This document shows positions 34,109 to 44,261 of a stretch of 58,052 nucleotides of DNA, piece by piece. Below the pieces are notes generated by a model. That model worked only from the letters and a program-made list of their open reading frames with translations. It made no database searches and had not been told where the DNA came from. The position numbers and the translations under genes are program-made. The DNA is taken from the IMG/VR virus record IMGVR_UViG_3300036770_003243, positions 1 through 58,052 of that record. One strand, written 5' to 3'. Each line of letters begins with the position of its first letter. The first letter of the stretch is position 1. The stretch is from a virus (Duplodnaviria > Caudoviricetes).

Positions 34109-35920
34109 TCAACCTTCCCACACGACCAGCCTGCCGCTCTGGTCGCGCAGGGTCTTGGCCTTCTTGCTCCAGCGGCTCATGAGCGTGGGGTCAGCACCAA
34201 GGCGCAAGTCGGGCATCCACGGCTCGGATGCCTCCCTCATCACGGTAGCAAGCCTGTCCGCAGCTTCGGGGGCGACGTCCCGCCGCGACTCAAGCAGGAT
34301 CTCGTCGTGGACGAAGGCTGCAACCCGCGAGCCGCGCAGTGCCGTGTTGCTACCCAGCGCCCCGTAGCACTCGACCGACACCCGCCAGAGCGCCTCCTTG
34401 GCAACCTTGGCCAAGAGCGACTGGAAGTAGTGGTTCGCGCCGCTGGTGTACTCGCACCCACCCCGGACGAATCCCGTCAGTGGATGCGTGATCTTGAACA
34501 CGCCGCCGCGTGTCGCGGCCTTGAGGGTCACGAAGTACCTGTCCATCTCGGGGTACAGCGACAGCCACATGTTGCGGCATTCAGTGGCCCTCTCCAAGCT
34601 CGTCTCGATGCCGAAGCCTCGCAGGTACGCTTGCAGCGTCTTGGGGGCGAGGCCCCCCGGGATGCCGAAATTCAGCGCCTTTGCGAGCTGGCGTGCCTCC
34701 GTAGCGGCGGTGTCGCCTGCCTTGTAAGCTGCGACCGTGTCGGCATACGACCACCCCAGCAGCATCGCAGCGGTGTTGAGGTGCAAATCCTGCCCGGCCA
34801 TGATGGCGTCCGCCATCGCCGAACGTCCAAACAGACGCAGCAGAATTTGGGCAAGGCACACAAGTTCGGCTCCCGCGTAGTCCGCACTGCAAAACACGTT
34901 TCCCGTGTACGGCACGAAGCACTCCCGCACCCCGCCCTTGCGCGGCAGCTGCTGGATGTTCGGCTCGCTGCACGACACCCGATCCGACTTGAGGATCGCC
35001 GTATACCGGGGGTGGATCACGCTCCCAGCGCCACGCTTGAGCACGGGGATGAACGCGGATTGCAATTTGCTCGCGGTCGCGCTCTCTGCCAATGCAACCA
35101 GCGCGGGGTGGCGGCACTTGGCAAGCGTGTCGGCGTCCGTCTTGGGCTTGCCCGTGGCAGTCTTCGGGCTGTCAGGGCCAAGCTCTGCCTCGACCAAGGA
35201 CGCCACCAGCGCCATGTTCTTCGATCCATCGCCCCGCAAGATGCGGTGTTCCCGCAGGATCATGTCCTGCTGGGCGACATCATCCCGCAACGATCGCTCA
35301 AGAGCGGCAACGGCAACAGGGTCGCATCGCATGCCCCACGCGCTCGATAGGTGGAGTGCCCACGCTGCGCGGGACTCGAACTCGTCCGTTGGCTGCCTTC
35401 CGACCTTGTGCCAGAGGAGCGCCGTGTAGGTGACGTCCAGCTCGGCGTACCGTGAAGCAGCCGCTGGCCACTTGTCTACGGGGACACTGGTCAGCTCGCG
35501 GTACCGCAAGCGCCACGCATCGGCACCGTGCTTGCCCTCCACGTCCACTCCCAGCAGGCGCTTGCAGCAATCCGCCAGCGAGTACCCGTCCGCCACGCTG
35601 TCGTTGGCGACGTCCGCAAGACGGCAAGCGAGCATCGTATCGAGGATCCTGCCCTCGCTGTACGCCTGCCAGATCAGCTCACGCAGGGACGGGTACCACT
35701 GCGCAAGAACCGCCATGTCGAAGGCCACATTATGGCCGACAACGCCACCCGTCAGAACCCCAGCCATCTCACCTACAAGGCGGGGATCCGACCACAAGCG
35801 CAAGGTCACGGCATCGGGAGTACGCACATCCGCCCACGCCACGCTCACGGGATGAGGGGCGAGCTGGCTTGGCGCGATGAGCCAAGTTTCAAGATCAATG
35901 GCACGCCAGACCAACGGCAT
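34109..35920 (-). CDS. Family A DNA polymerase with 3'-5' exonuclease
   Basis: DLET, HNVAFD, YAELD; DYAGAEL, RQLAKALNFG, VHDE. Confidence 0.95.
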   Translation of the reverse strand: MPLVWRAIDLETWLIAPSQLAPHPVSVAWADVRTPDAVTLRLWSDPRLVGEMAGVLTGGVVGHNVAFDMAVLAQWYPSLRELIWQAYSEGRILDTMLACRLADVANDSVADGYSLADCCKRLLGVDVEGKHGADAWRLRYRELTSVPVDKWPAAASRYAELDVTYTALLWHKVGRQPTDEFESRAAWALHLSSAWGMRCDPVAVAALERSLRDDVAQQDMILREHRILRGDGSKNMALVASLVEAELGPDSPKTATGKPKTDADTLAKCRHPALVALAESATASKLQSAFIPVLKRGAGSVIHPRYTAILKSDRVSCSEPNIQQLPRKGGVRECFVPYTGNVFCSADYAGAELVCLAQILLRLFGRSAMADAIMAGQDLHLNTAAMLLGWSYADTVAAYKAGDTAATEARQLAKALNFGIPGGLAPKTLQAYLRGFGIETSLERATECRNMWLSLYPEMDRYFVTLKAATRGGVFKITHPLTGFVRGGCEYTSGANHYFQSLLAKVAKEALWRVSVECYGALGSNTALRGSRVAAFVHDEILLESRRDVAPEAADRLATVMREASEPWMPDLRLGADPTLMSRWSKKAKTLRDQSGRLVVWEG

Positions 35921-35944
35921 GACCACTCCATGTGGGGGGAAGTA

Positions 35945-35992
35945 CCCCGCCACCGCATAGGGTGCTTGGAAAACCTAGAGGCGGTGGCGGGG
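35945..35992. other. Intergenic stem-loop upstream of the polymerase
   Basis: CCCCGCCACCGC..GCGGTGGCGGGG, 12-bp arms. Confidence 0.55.
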
Positions 35993-36023
35993 TTCCTGTG
36001 CCGGCACCCTGCCGTCACGCGGA

Positions 36024-36464
36024 TCAGGCTGCGGCAGCAGTGGTGGTCACGCTGTCCCAGCGGATCTTGGTGAAGTCGTTGCCGCCCTTGGTCTTGATCG
36101 TGAAGGCGTTTGCCTTGATCTTCACGCCAGCTGCGGGCTGCTCGGGGCCGACGAGCTTGAGCATCGTGGCCTCATCGATCTGCTCCTCGTCGCAGTCCAG
36201 CACGGCGCTCGCGAACGCCTTGCAGTTGCTAAGCGACGTCTCGCCGTGGTCCATGTCGACCAGCCACGACACCAGATCCCCAGCCTTGAACTCGGGGGCG
36301 GTGGTGCTCATCACGTCAAACTCGGCCACGAAGAACTGCTGGCCGCGCTTCTTCTTGCTGTCCACCAGCGACATCGAGCGGATGACCAGCTCGTACTGTC
36401 CCGGCGTCAGGTAGGGGGCGTTCTGGTAGACCCGGGTCTTCTCGATACCTGCAAAAGCGCTCAT
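36024..36464 (-). CDS. Putative ssDNA-binding protein
   Basis: PG.Y...I beta-rich pattern; lies between helicase and polymerase (inferred from context). Confidence 0.5.
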   Translation of the reverse strand: MSAFAGIEKTRVYQNAPYLTPGQYELVIRSMSLVDSKKKRGQQFFVAEFDVMSTTAPEFKAGDLVSWLVDMDHGETSLSNCKAFASAVLDCDEEQIDEATMLKLVGPEQPAAGVKIKANAFTIKTKGGNDFTKIRWDSVTTTAAAA

Positions 36465-36481
36465 GATTCCTCCTTGTCCTC

Positions 36482-38224
36482 TTACTTGTCGATGTGGCAG
36501 GCCAGAAGCAGCTTCTGGGCTTGCCCGGTGGTGTGCTGCAAGTATTCCGCATCCCGCTGGGCACTGGTCAGCGCCTCACGGAACGCGGGGGTGTGGGCCA
36601 GCACGCTTACCCACACCTCATCCTCCTGCTGCCCCGGACGGTGCGTCCGCCCGATCAGCTGCTCCCACTCCAGCCCACTCGGGCTTGGCGAGAGCACAAG
36701 GTTCTGCGACCAAGCCTGCAAGTTCAGGCCCGTACCGTGGCTCCTCCAAGACAGGCAGACCGTCTTGGCGTCCTTGGGAACGGGCTTGCTCGGCCTGATG
36801 ACGTCCATCCCGCGCCGCGCAAGCGCATCGGCCACTGCGTCGTCCGAGTACCAGACCAGCCATGGCGAGGGCGATGATAGCACAGGTGCCAATGCTGCGT
36901 CAAGCACGCGCTCAGTGAGCCAGACCGCTTCCACGGGTGGCGTCGGTCGATCCTTGACCTTGCGCCACTCCTCCCATGCCCTGTGGATCGATGCCCTCTG
37001 CCCCGCCGCATGCTCCCGCGAGATGCGGTTGTAGACGAGCAGCGGGCTGTCGTAGCCCTCGACGGCGTGATGATCCAGCTGGGAGCGGACATGCCTTGCC
37101 CACGCCGCCCTTGCCTCCAGCCACTCGCGGTCTGGGACGCCGTTGGGCCAGACCCAGCGGTACCAGAACCCCATCGAGATCTGCCGCAAGATCCGCCACT
37201 CGTCGACGGGTGACTCAAGAGGTTCACCGTCAGGGCGGCACTTGGTCCGCTCCACCTGCGCTACCGTCTGCGCGATCACGTCGGGCACCGCTACCCGAAT
37301 CCGCTCGACGTAGAGCGACGCACCAAAGCTCGACTGCGCGGTGGTGACCACCCCCTTGGCGCTGGAGATGCGCGCATGGAAGGCATCCCTGAGGCCCTCC
37401 TTGCGCTCGGCTGTCGTAGCGGCAAGGATCGTGGCAGGCTGCTTGCCTGCCCACTTCCACAGCGGCTCGCACCAGACCAGATCCGCAGCGCCTCCCCTGC
37501 CGTCAGAATCGATGCAAGCCGACCAGTGGTCGAGCGCTGCATTGCCTTGCGGGTATCCCGGGCGGGGGACGGGTGAGCCATCCCGCAGCGCCCACTCGGA
37601 CAGGTGTGCGAAGTCCTTGATCGACTTGGCGGTCAGGGTGCCGCTCATGGCGACAAACTTGATATCAGGGTTCTCGGACAGGAATCGCGCCACCCGCTTC
37701 GTCCGTGCTGCCGTGTGGCGCTTGAGGCAGTGCGCCTCATCGGCCACCAGCACCACCTTGGCGGGGTCGCATCCGTCGATGAGCCTGCGCAGCAGGTCCG
37801 TGGCGTCGGGGCGGCTCAGCATCGAGTACGGCACGATCTCCGTCCGTGGGATGCGGAAGTGCGAGTCGACCTTGGCCAGCGACTGGTAGACCTGATCGAC
37901 CGTGCGTGGGGGCGTGAGCACGATGGCCCGCTGCGCGCCAAGCGCAGCGCCCGCCAGCAGGGCGATGAAGGTCTTGCCGTGGCCTACGCCGATCGGAAAC
38001 AGCCCCCCACCCGCCGCTGCAATCGCCCCAAGGGCCTCGAGCTGGATGGGCCGAAGGTCCAGCCCAGCCCGCTTGAAGACCTGCTGGCAATCCCAAGGAC
38101 GGACCTGCGCCCGGGGGAGTTCGATGATGCGCTCGATCTCCGAGCGCTGCGCCGCCTTGGGCTTGGCCTCTTGCGGCTGGCGCATGTCCACCCGCCGTGC
38201 GGCGAGGCGATCCCACATGTTCAT
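36482..38224 (-). CDS. SF2 (SNF2-like) helicase
   Basis: G.GHGKT, DEAH, SGT, GLNLQ, QLIGRTHR.GQ. Confidence 0.88.
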   Translation of the reverse strand: MNMWDRLAARRVDMRQPQEAKPKAAQRSEIERIIELPRAQVRPWDCQQVFKRAGLDLRPIQLEALGAIAAAGGGLFPIGVGHGKTFIALLAGAALGAQRAIVLTPPRTVDQVYQSLAKVDSHFRIPRTEIVPYSMLSRPDATDLLRRLIDGCDPAKVVLVADEAHCLKRHTAARTKRVARFLSENPDIKFVAMSGTLTAKSIKDFAHLSEWALRDGSPVPRPGYPQGNAALDHWSACIDSDGRGGAADLVWCEPLWKWAGKQPATILAATTAERKEGLRDAFHARISSAKGVVTTAQSSFGASLYVERIRVAVPDVIAQTVAQVERTKCRPDGEPLESPVDEWRILRQISMGFWYRWVWPNGVPDREWLEARAAWARHVRSQLDHHAVEGYDSPLLVYNRISREHAAGQRASIHRAWEEWRKVKDRPTPPVEAVWLTERVLDAALAPVLSSPSPWLVWYSDDAVADALARRGMDVIRPSKPVPKDAKTVCLSWRSHGTGLNLQAWSQNLVLSPSPSGLEWEQLIGRTHRPGQQEDEVWVSVLAHTPAFREALTSAQRDAEYLQHTTGQAQKLLLACHIDK

Positions 38225-38236
38225 CGCACCACCTCC

Positions 38237-39529
38237 CTACCCGATCCGCATCACGATCCGATCGTAAAGGGGGCGCAGGATCTCCAGCGCCACGTCACTG
38301 GCGGGCAGGCGGGGGTCGACCACCAGCACTGGGGGCACTCCAGCCTTGGCCTTGTGGCTGATGAGAGCACCGAGCGCAGTCTTGCCCTTGCCGTACTCGG
38401 CCTGAGCGTAGTAGTCCACGCCCATGGCTTGAGCGGCCTCGGTGACCAGCGGGGCAATCCACTGGTCAAGGAGCACGAAGTTCTCGTTTACCGGCAAGCA
38501 GCCGACGTACAGGGTCGGCATCGCGAACGGGTCGTTGATCTTGCTGCTGTCCTTGGTCGGGGGCTGCGGCAGCACGTCCGCGAACGTGTCGACTGGGGGG
38601 AACGATGTATCAGGCTTGCTCCCAAACAGATCCTGCTGCGGCTCCGCTTGAGGCGCGGGCTCTGCTACAGGCACGGGGGCGTGGCTTGCAACCTGCGGGG
38701 GGTTGATCGCGCCCGCATCTGTCACGCCTTGCGTCTGCTTCTTCTTGGCCAGAATCTCCATCACGTCCACGGCTTCCTCCTTCTTGTCCGCTTCCATTGC
38801 GCTCCAGACGCTCCTGCCCAGCAGCGCCTTGCAACGCGCCACGTGCGGGCACCCGCCGTACGCCTTGCACGGCGACGGGTCTGGGCCTTCCATCGCGCCC
38901 CGCACCCTTGCGGGGTCGCGCTCTTGGGCATTGATGGCAATCTTGGCCACCTTGCCCTTGATCTTGTCATACGCTGCCGTCAGCTCGACGGGCATGAACT
39001 TCGCTTGGACCGTGCGGGCATCTGGGCTGCCCTTGGTCTGGTAGACGATGTGGCGGAATGCGAGGCTGTTGACGCGCAGCATCCCCTGCTTGAACGCCCA
39101 CGTGCAGTAGACGACGGCCTGTGGATCGGCTGCAAGCTCGGCAGGCGTCTTGACCCAGCGCAGGCTGCTCATGAACTTGTGGTCGATCACTACTGACTGC
39201 TCAGGCGCAATCAAGTCGATCCTGCCGATGATGGGCAGGTCGGCACCCTCCAGCCGCATGTCAGTCTCGACCTTGAGGGGGGTGTCCTGCGGCACAAACC
39301 GCCAGCCAGCCATCGCCACCTTGACCGCTTCGGGATCGTCTGGCCAAGCGCCCGTCAGGATGCGGTGCTCGACCGCCGCATGACCACGCGTGCCGAACGC
39401 CGCCCCAGCGTTGGTGGGCACCTCGATACCGCCCACCTTCTCCAGCCAGTGCTTGCGCTCGCACATGTCGAACGTCTTGAGCTGGCTGGGGCTGACGTGA
39501 GCCAGCGGCAGGTACTTGTAGCCGTCCAT
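38237..39529 (-). CDS. PD-(D/E)XK exonuclease (RecB/Cas4-like)
   Basis: SPSQL...C; GT..H; GRIDL; DHK; Q...Y; C..YGGCP....C. Confidence 0.85.
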   Translation of the reverse strand: MDGYKYLPLAHVSPSQLKTFDMCERKHWLEKVGGIEVPTNAGAAFGTRGHAAVEHRILTGAWPDDPEAVKVAMAGWRFVPQDTPLKVETDMRLEGADLPIIGRIDLIAPEQSVVIDHKFMSSLRWVKTPAELAADPQAVVYCTWAFKQGMLRVNSLAFRHIVYQTKGSPDARTVQAKFMPVELTAAYDKIKGKVAKIAINAQERDPARVRGAMEGPDPSPCKAYGGCPHVARCKALLGRSVWSAMEADKKEEAVDVMEILAKKKQTQGVTDAGAINPPQVASHAPVPVAEPAPQAEPQQDLFGSKPDTSFPPVDTFADVLPQPPTKDSSKINDPFAMPTLYVGCLPVNENFVLLDQWIAPLVTEAAQAMGVDYYAQAEYGKGKTALGALISHKAKAGVPPVLVVDPRLPASDVALEILRPLYDRIVMRIG

Positions 39530-39551
39530 GTCCTTCTCCTCGTCCGCGCAG

Positions 39552-39616
39552 ATCCTAGCACCCGGCGCACGACTTGTCTAGTGCTAGTTGACAGCCTTCG
39601 CGGCTTGGGCTAGGTT
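39552..39616. promoter_or_regulatory. Back-to-back promoters of the replication region
   Basis: - strand TAGACA-17-TAGGAT (39580-39552); + strand TTGACA-17-TAGGTT (39588-39616). Confidence 0.7.
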
Positions 39617-39633
39617 GCCCGCAGGAGGACACG

Positions 39634-39870
39634 ATGGACCATCAAGTGCGCACGTTCGCGGTCTGGCTCAAGGGGTCGGGGCTATCTGCTCAAGACCTTG
39701 CTGAAGCTCTAGGTGTGTCAAGGGCCGCGATTTACAAGTGGATCGGCGGCGAGTGCCTACCGAGCGCTGCCACCCTGATCAAGCTGGAGGCGATCTCCCA
39801 AGGCAAGATCACGGCGCGGTCTTTCGCACGGCAGTCCGTGCAAGGGGGCGAGAATGGCGGTGAAGATTAG
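39634..39870 (+). CDS. Cro/XRE-like HTH protein
   Basis: LAEALGVSRAAIYKW..G...PS. Confidence 0.88.
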   Translation: MDHQVRTFAVWLKGSGLSAQDLAEALGVSRAAIYKWIGGECLPSAATLIKLEAISQGKITARSFARQSVQGGENGGED

Positions 39871-42115
39871 CGTCTGGGTTGACAAGTTCGTCGTCGGCTG
39901 GAGCGGCGATGGGGGAGCGCCCCCTCAAGTCCACCCCGTGATGCCGATTGCAGAAGCGATGGCGGCAGAGTACGGCAGCGACGCACACTTCGTGCCGTAC
40001 CGACTGCGGCATGACAGCGGAGTCGACCTGCCCGATTGCCCGCGCCTCAAGGTAGACAGCCTTGGGCACTTGCGGGACTACGGGGTGGGGCTGGTGTTTG
40101 ACTGCGCAGTCGCCGACATCGACCACGCCGACACCCATGCGGGCAGGACGCCTGAGCCCCCGCAGGAGTGGCGTGACAAAGTCTGGAAGATGGCCTTGGA
40201 GGCGTGCCCGGGTTGCCTCGCCTACGAGACGCGGAGCGGCATGCGCGTCGTGGTGGCATTGCCTGAGAGCATGCAAGTCGGACCATGGCAGGCTTGGTGC
40301 AAGAGGTTCCGCCAGTACCTGCGGGATCAAGGCCTGCCTGTAGACGAGATCCAAGCGTGGGCGCAGCCCTACCGCCTGCCGTTCGTCGATCGGGACGGCC
40401 AGCCGCAACGACGGCGGGCCGAGATCCGTGAGCCAGCTGTGTTTGAGATTCCACGGCAGCAGCAAGACCAGCCGCAGGCCATGGGCGACGGCATCGATCC
40501 ACGACAGCCTTTCAGGCTACCGCGCAGGATCCCCGAAGGGCAGCGGCATCATACCCTCGTCCGCTACGCGGCGCAGTTGCGGTGGCAAGGCCTCGACCAC
40601 GACGCCATCTTGGGCCAGATCCACGAGGTCAACCGCAACAGGTGCCGCCCCGCAGCGCCCGATACCGAGATCGCCGAGATCGCACGGTGGGCCTCTGTGC
40701 AAGAGGACGGCCAGCAAGCGCGGCAGGCCGCTGCTGGCCGCGAACGTCCAGCCGACGCCGACCCTGAGGACGGGGACGAAGAGCCGTTCCTGCTGGGGGA
40801 TCACACCGAGATCGCCAAGCGGGTGGCCGAGCACTTCACCAAGGGATCTCCCGTGCAGATGGTCGCGGATCTGGGCAAGATCTGGAGGTACGACCCTCAA
40901 ATGGGCTACTGGCGGGAAGTGGCCGAGCATGAGCTGAGCAAGCTGATCCACAGCTACAGCGGGATCGATGTCCGCAATATCGGCCCGCAAGGCAACGTGC
41001 TCTGGCGGCCCATGCGGATCAACGACTCGACGGTGGTAGGGGCCATCAAGAGCCTGCACCGCCTGCTTGCAGTGCCCGGGTTCTTTGCCAGCGCACCCGC
41101 AGGCATCGCATTCAAGGACTGCTGGGTGCAAGTGACGGCGGATGGCGTCGCCAAGCTGCCCCACGACCCGTCGCAGAAGGCCATGAGCGGCTACGACTTC
41201 GGATGGACCGACGAGACCCCCGACGTCTGGCTGACCATGCTTGCCGACTACTGGGGCCACAAGGAAAACCACCTCGAGAACGTCACCCTGCTCAACGAAT
41301 TCCTCGGCGCTTCGCTATGCGGCATCGCCCCCAAGTTCCAGCAGGCGCTGGGCCTTGTCGGCAAGGGCAGCAACGGCAAGAGCCAGATCCTGCGCGTGGC
41401 GACGGGGCTGTTCCCAGATGGCACGGTGACCAGCGTGTCGCCCCAGATGTTCGGGGTGGAGACGTACCGCGCCATGTTGGCTGCCAGCCGCTTGAATGTA
41501 GTGGGTGAATTGCCCGAAAAGCGCATCAAGCAAGAGGCGGCGGCATCGATCAAGGCTTTGATCAGCGGCGACGAGATTGTGGCCCGTCATCTCCGCGAAA
41601 ACCCGTTCAAATTTAGACCCCTCGCGGGGCACGTGGTGGCATGCAATGCCCTGCCAGACGTCGAGGACGACAGCGACGGCTTCTACAGGCGGTTCATCCT
41701 GCTGATGTTCGACCGCATGTTCAGCCCGCATGGTGGCACTTCGGAGCTTGGCGACGAGGTGCTGGCCATCGACAAGGCGAGGATCGTCTGCTACGCCCTG
41801 CGATGCGTCCCCACCCTGATCAAGAGGGGCAAGTACAAGGTTCCCAAGGAGTCGGTCGACGAGGTCACCGCGTGGCGCAACGGCCAAGACGAGGTCGCGT
41901 TGTTCCTAAGTGATCGCACCGAGCCTTGCGAGCCCGTCCGTGGGAACGGGACAGACGGCGAGTCGCTCTACATGGCCTACGCCGTGTGGGCTCCCCAGAA
42001 CGGCTACGAGCAGATGAACAAGAACAGGTTCCTCAACGCCGTTGACAAGCGTGCGAAGCGGTTCTACGATAACGGCGTGCAGCGGCGCATGTATCCTGTC
42101 ACGCTGACCCGCTGA
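39854..42115 (+). CDS. Primase (AEP-like + PriCT) - D5/SF3 helicase
   Basis: DID, T.SG.R, RLP; EGQRH..L; GKGSNGKS; N.LP...D..GF.RR. Confidence 0.9.
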   Translation: MAVKISVWVDKFVVGWSGDGGAPPQVHPVMPIAEAMAAEYGSDAHFVPYRLRHDSGVDLPDCPRLKVDSLGHLRDYGVGLVFDCAVADIDHADTHAGRTPEPPQEWRDKVWKMALEACPGCLAYETRSGMRVVVALPESMQVGPWQAWCKRFRQYLRDQGLPVDEIQAWAQPYRLPFVDRDGQPQRRRAEIREPAVFEIPRQQQDQPQAMGDGIDPRQPFRLPRRIPEGQRHHTLVRYAAQLRWQGLDHDAILGQIHEVNRNRCRPAAPDTEIAEIARWASVQEDGQQARQAAAGRERPADADPEDGDEEPFLLGDHTEIAKRVAEHFTKGSPVQMVADLGKIWRYDPQMGYWREVAEHELSKLIHSYSGIDVRNIGPQGNVLWRPMRINDSTVVGAIKSLHRLLAVPGFFASAPAGIAFKDCWVQVTADGVAKLPHDPSQKAMSGYDFGWTDETPDVWLTMLADYWGHKENHLENVTLLNEFLGASLCGIAPKFQQALGLVGKGSNGKSQILRVATGLFPDGTVTSVSPQMFGVETYRAMLAASRLNVVGELPEKRIKQEAAASIKALISGDEIVARHLRENPFKFRPLAGHVVACNALPDVEDDSDGFYRRFILLMFDRMFSPHGGTSELGDEVLAIDKARIVCYALRCVPTLIKRGKYKVPKESVDEVTAWRNGQDEVALFLSDRTEPCEPVRGNGTDGESLYMAYAVWAPQNGYEQMNKNRFLNAVDKRAKRFYDNGVQRRMYPVTLTR

Positions 42116-42453
42116 CCCCCGAATCAAGCCCAGTCAACCGAATCGGCACCCAGAACCCCGCTTGGACCCGCGAGGCCAAGACGGGTACGCTGGCTCTAAC
42201 GTCGGGCACTAAGATTCCCCAAGACGTTGAAACTGCAAAGCAACGTCGACTATGACGGGAATTTCACCCAGTATGTATATGAATCAGTGGAACTCGTTAC
42301 ATGTCAAACACAGGTCAAGCATGACTTTCCTTATTCATACACGGCTGACCTGAAATTCCCATCTTAGCATCTTACCTCAAAGGGTGCCGGTACTTGCCTT
42401 GATTTACCCCCCATCATAGGATCCGTCGTACCCGTCATAGCTGGAGGCATGAA
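42116..42453. other. Long AT-richer non-coding region, candidate replication origin
   Basis: Nested inverted repeats; directly after the primase-helicase. Confidence 0.45.
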
Positions 42454-42969
42454 ATGCGCAACGAGGAGCACGATATTCAAGCAAGGACGGTAGGTTACCT
42501 GCGTTCTGCGGGGGTGCGGTTCTTTGCCGTGCCCAACGGGGGCCTGCGCGACAAACGCACGGCGTGCCGCTTGTGGCAGCAGGGCGTCGAGGCTGGCGTG
42601 CCCGACTTGGTCATCATCGACCCACCGCCCGCGCTCAAGGGCTTCGTCGGCACGGTCATCGAGGTCAAGGCCCGCAAGGGAAGGCTGGACGCCGTGCAGG
42701 CCAGATGGCTGGAGGACTTCGCCATGCGCGGCTGGCTTGCGAGGTGCGTCCACGGCAAGGAGGCGCTCTTGGCGCTGCTGTGCGAGCTTGGCTATCTGGA
42801 CAAGGACAAGGTCACGCAGCGCGAGGGCGGAGCATCCTGCGCATCAGGCGGCGGCAGTAGCGCTCCGTCTCGTCTAGCGGAAGCCCCTGAGCGTGCCGCT
42901 GCCGCTCGTAGTCGTGCCACTGGCGCTCGACGGGCGCAGCCCAAGATGGCGCGGGGCGGGGCGGCGTAG
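42454..42969 (+). CDS. VRR-NUC nuclease
   Basis: E..IQ; VPNGG; GVPDL; IEVK...G.L...Q..W. Confidence 0.88.
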   Translation: MRNEEHDIQARTVGYLRSAGVRFFAVPNGGLRDKRTACRLWQQGVEAGVPDLVIIDPPPALKGFVGTVIEVKARKGRLDAVQARWLEDFAMRGWLARCVHGKEALLALLCELGYLDKDKVTQREGGASCASGGGSSAPSRLAEAPERAAAARSRATGARRAQPKMARGGAA

Positions 42970-44182
42970 CCTTGCTGCTGGCCCGCTCCACGCGGGCGTT
43001 GCGCGCTGGGTTGGCCGTTGCCTTGGGCACGGGTGCTCGGAAGCATGCGGGGCACAGGTTGCGGTCCTGCTCGATGACCGTGCCGCACGCCATGCAGGTC
43101 TTGTGCCCGCGCTCAAGCGATACCCCTCCGCTGTACCAGTCCCTGTCGGCGTCCACCCGGTCGTGCCGCTGGGTGTTGGCACCGTGGTCGAGCAGGATCA
43201 GGTCGCGCTTGCCCTTGGCTGGGCGCAAGCCGCGCCCCACTTGCTGGAGGAATCGCGACAGGCTGGCCGTGGCCGTGAGCAGCTGGACGCACGACACCTC
43301 GATGCAATCCAGACCCTCGACAAAGAGCGAGCAGTTGAAGAGCACGTCGATCTGCCCCCTGCGCAAGCGATCGAGTGCCGCCTCGCGCTGGGACTTGGGC
43401 GTGTTGCCGTCGACGTGCTCGGCCTTGATGCCACGGGCGCGGTATGCCGCGACGAGCTTCTGGCTGGACTCGATGCCGGGCGTGAAGGCGATGGTCTTGC
43501 GGCCCTTGGCGTACTGGATCCACCACTCTGGGGCCTCACTCACTACCGCATCGGCGCTGTATGCCCGATCGAGCTGCTCTTGGTCGAAGTCCCCCCGCCG
43601 CTGGCGGATGGCACGCAGGTCGGGCATGTGGGCATTCACCGTCCGGCATGGCACCAAGAATCCCTGCCGCTGGAGGCTCTTGATGCTGGGTCCGCACAGC
43701 AGCGCGGGCCACAGGCTGGCGAGCGACTTGCCGTCAAGGCGCACGGGCGTGGCGGTCAGGCCGATCACAGGGCACTGCCAGACCTCCAAGACCCTGCGGT
43801 GCTGCTCGATCAGCTTGTGCGCCTCGTCAACGAAGATCAGGTCGGGCTTCCAGTTGCCGAACATGTGCCCAGTCAGCCGCCTCGACAGGGTCTGGCTCAT
43901 GGCAAGCAGGCAGTCGACGTTGTCGAGGGGGAACTTCTGCCCCGCAGCCAGCACCCTGTGCGGCACCTTGGCGCGGTTGAGGGCAGAGCTGGTCTGGTGC
44001 AGGATCTCGTCGCTGGGCACCACGTAGAGGATGCGCTTGGCGTTGGACCTTGCCACAAGCTCGCTGGCGATTTGCGTCTTGCCGCCACCCGTTGGCAGCT
44101 GGACGATCAGCCGCCGATGCCCGCCTGCGAACATCTTGGTTATCTCGTAGACGAGGGCGGTCTGGTAGGGGCGCGCTGGCAT
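42812..44182 (-). CDS. SF2 DEAD/DEAH helicase (RadD/YejH-like) with zinc finger
   Basis: PTGGGKT, DEAH, LTATP, EGLD, QQVGRGLR, CMAC..CPAC. Confidence 0.92.
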   Translation of the reverse strand: MPARPYQTALVYEITKMFAGGHRRLIVQLPTGGGKTQIASELVARSNAKRILYVVPSDEILHQTSSALNRAKVPHRVLAAGQKFPLDNVDCLLAMSQTLSRRLTGHMFGNWKPDLIFVDEAHKLIEQHRRVLEVWQCPVIGLTATPVRLDGKSLASLWPALLCGPSIKSLQRQGFLVPCRTVNAHMPDLRAIRQRRGDFDQEQLDRAYSADAVVSEAPEWWIQYAKGRKTIAFTPGIESSQKLVAAYRARGIKAEHVDGNTPKSQREAALDRLRRGQIDVLFNCSLFVEGLDCIEVSCVQLLTATASLSRFLQQVGRGLRPAKGKRDLILLDHGANTQRHDRVDADRDWYSGGVSLERGHKTCMACGTVIEQDRNLCPACFRAPVPKATANPARNARVERASSKATPPRPAPSWAAPVERQWHDYERQRHAQGLPLDETERYCRRLMRRMLRPRAA

Positions 44183-44193
44183 GGGTTCCTCCG

Positions 44194-44222
44194 TTGACAC
44201 CGATTGCCTGTTTTGCCATTCT
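44194..44222 (+). promoter_or_regulatory. Promoter at the start of the morphogenesis block
   Basis: TTGACA-17-CATTCT with extended TG. Confidence 0.6.
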
Positions 44223-44261
44223 AGCCCGCGACATGGCAGATTCAAACCCAAGGAGCAGGAC

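Noticed and set aside
38237-39529. Cas4-like nuclease as part of a CRISPR-Cas system
   Set aside because: No repeat-spacer array or other cas genes seen; the context is a phage replication operon
42812-42969. 158-bp convergent overlap of VRR-NUC and helicase as a functional feature
   Set aside because: The VRR-NUC tail there is low-complexity and beyond the domain; probably stop-codon drift
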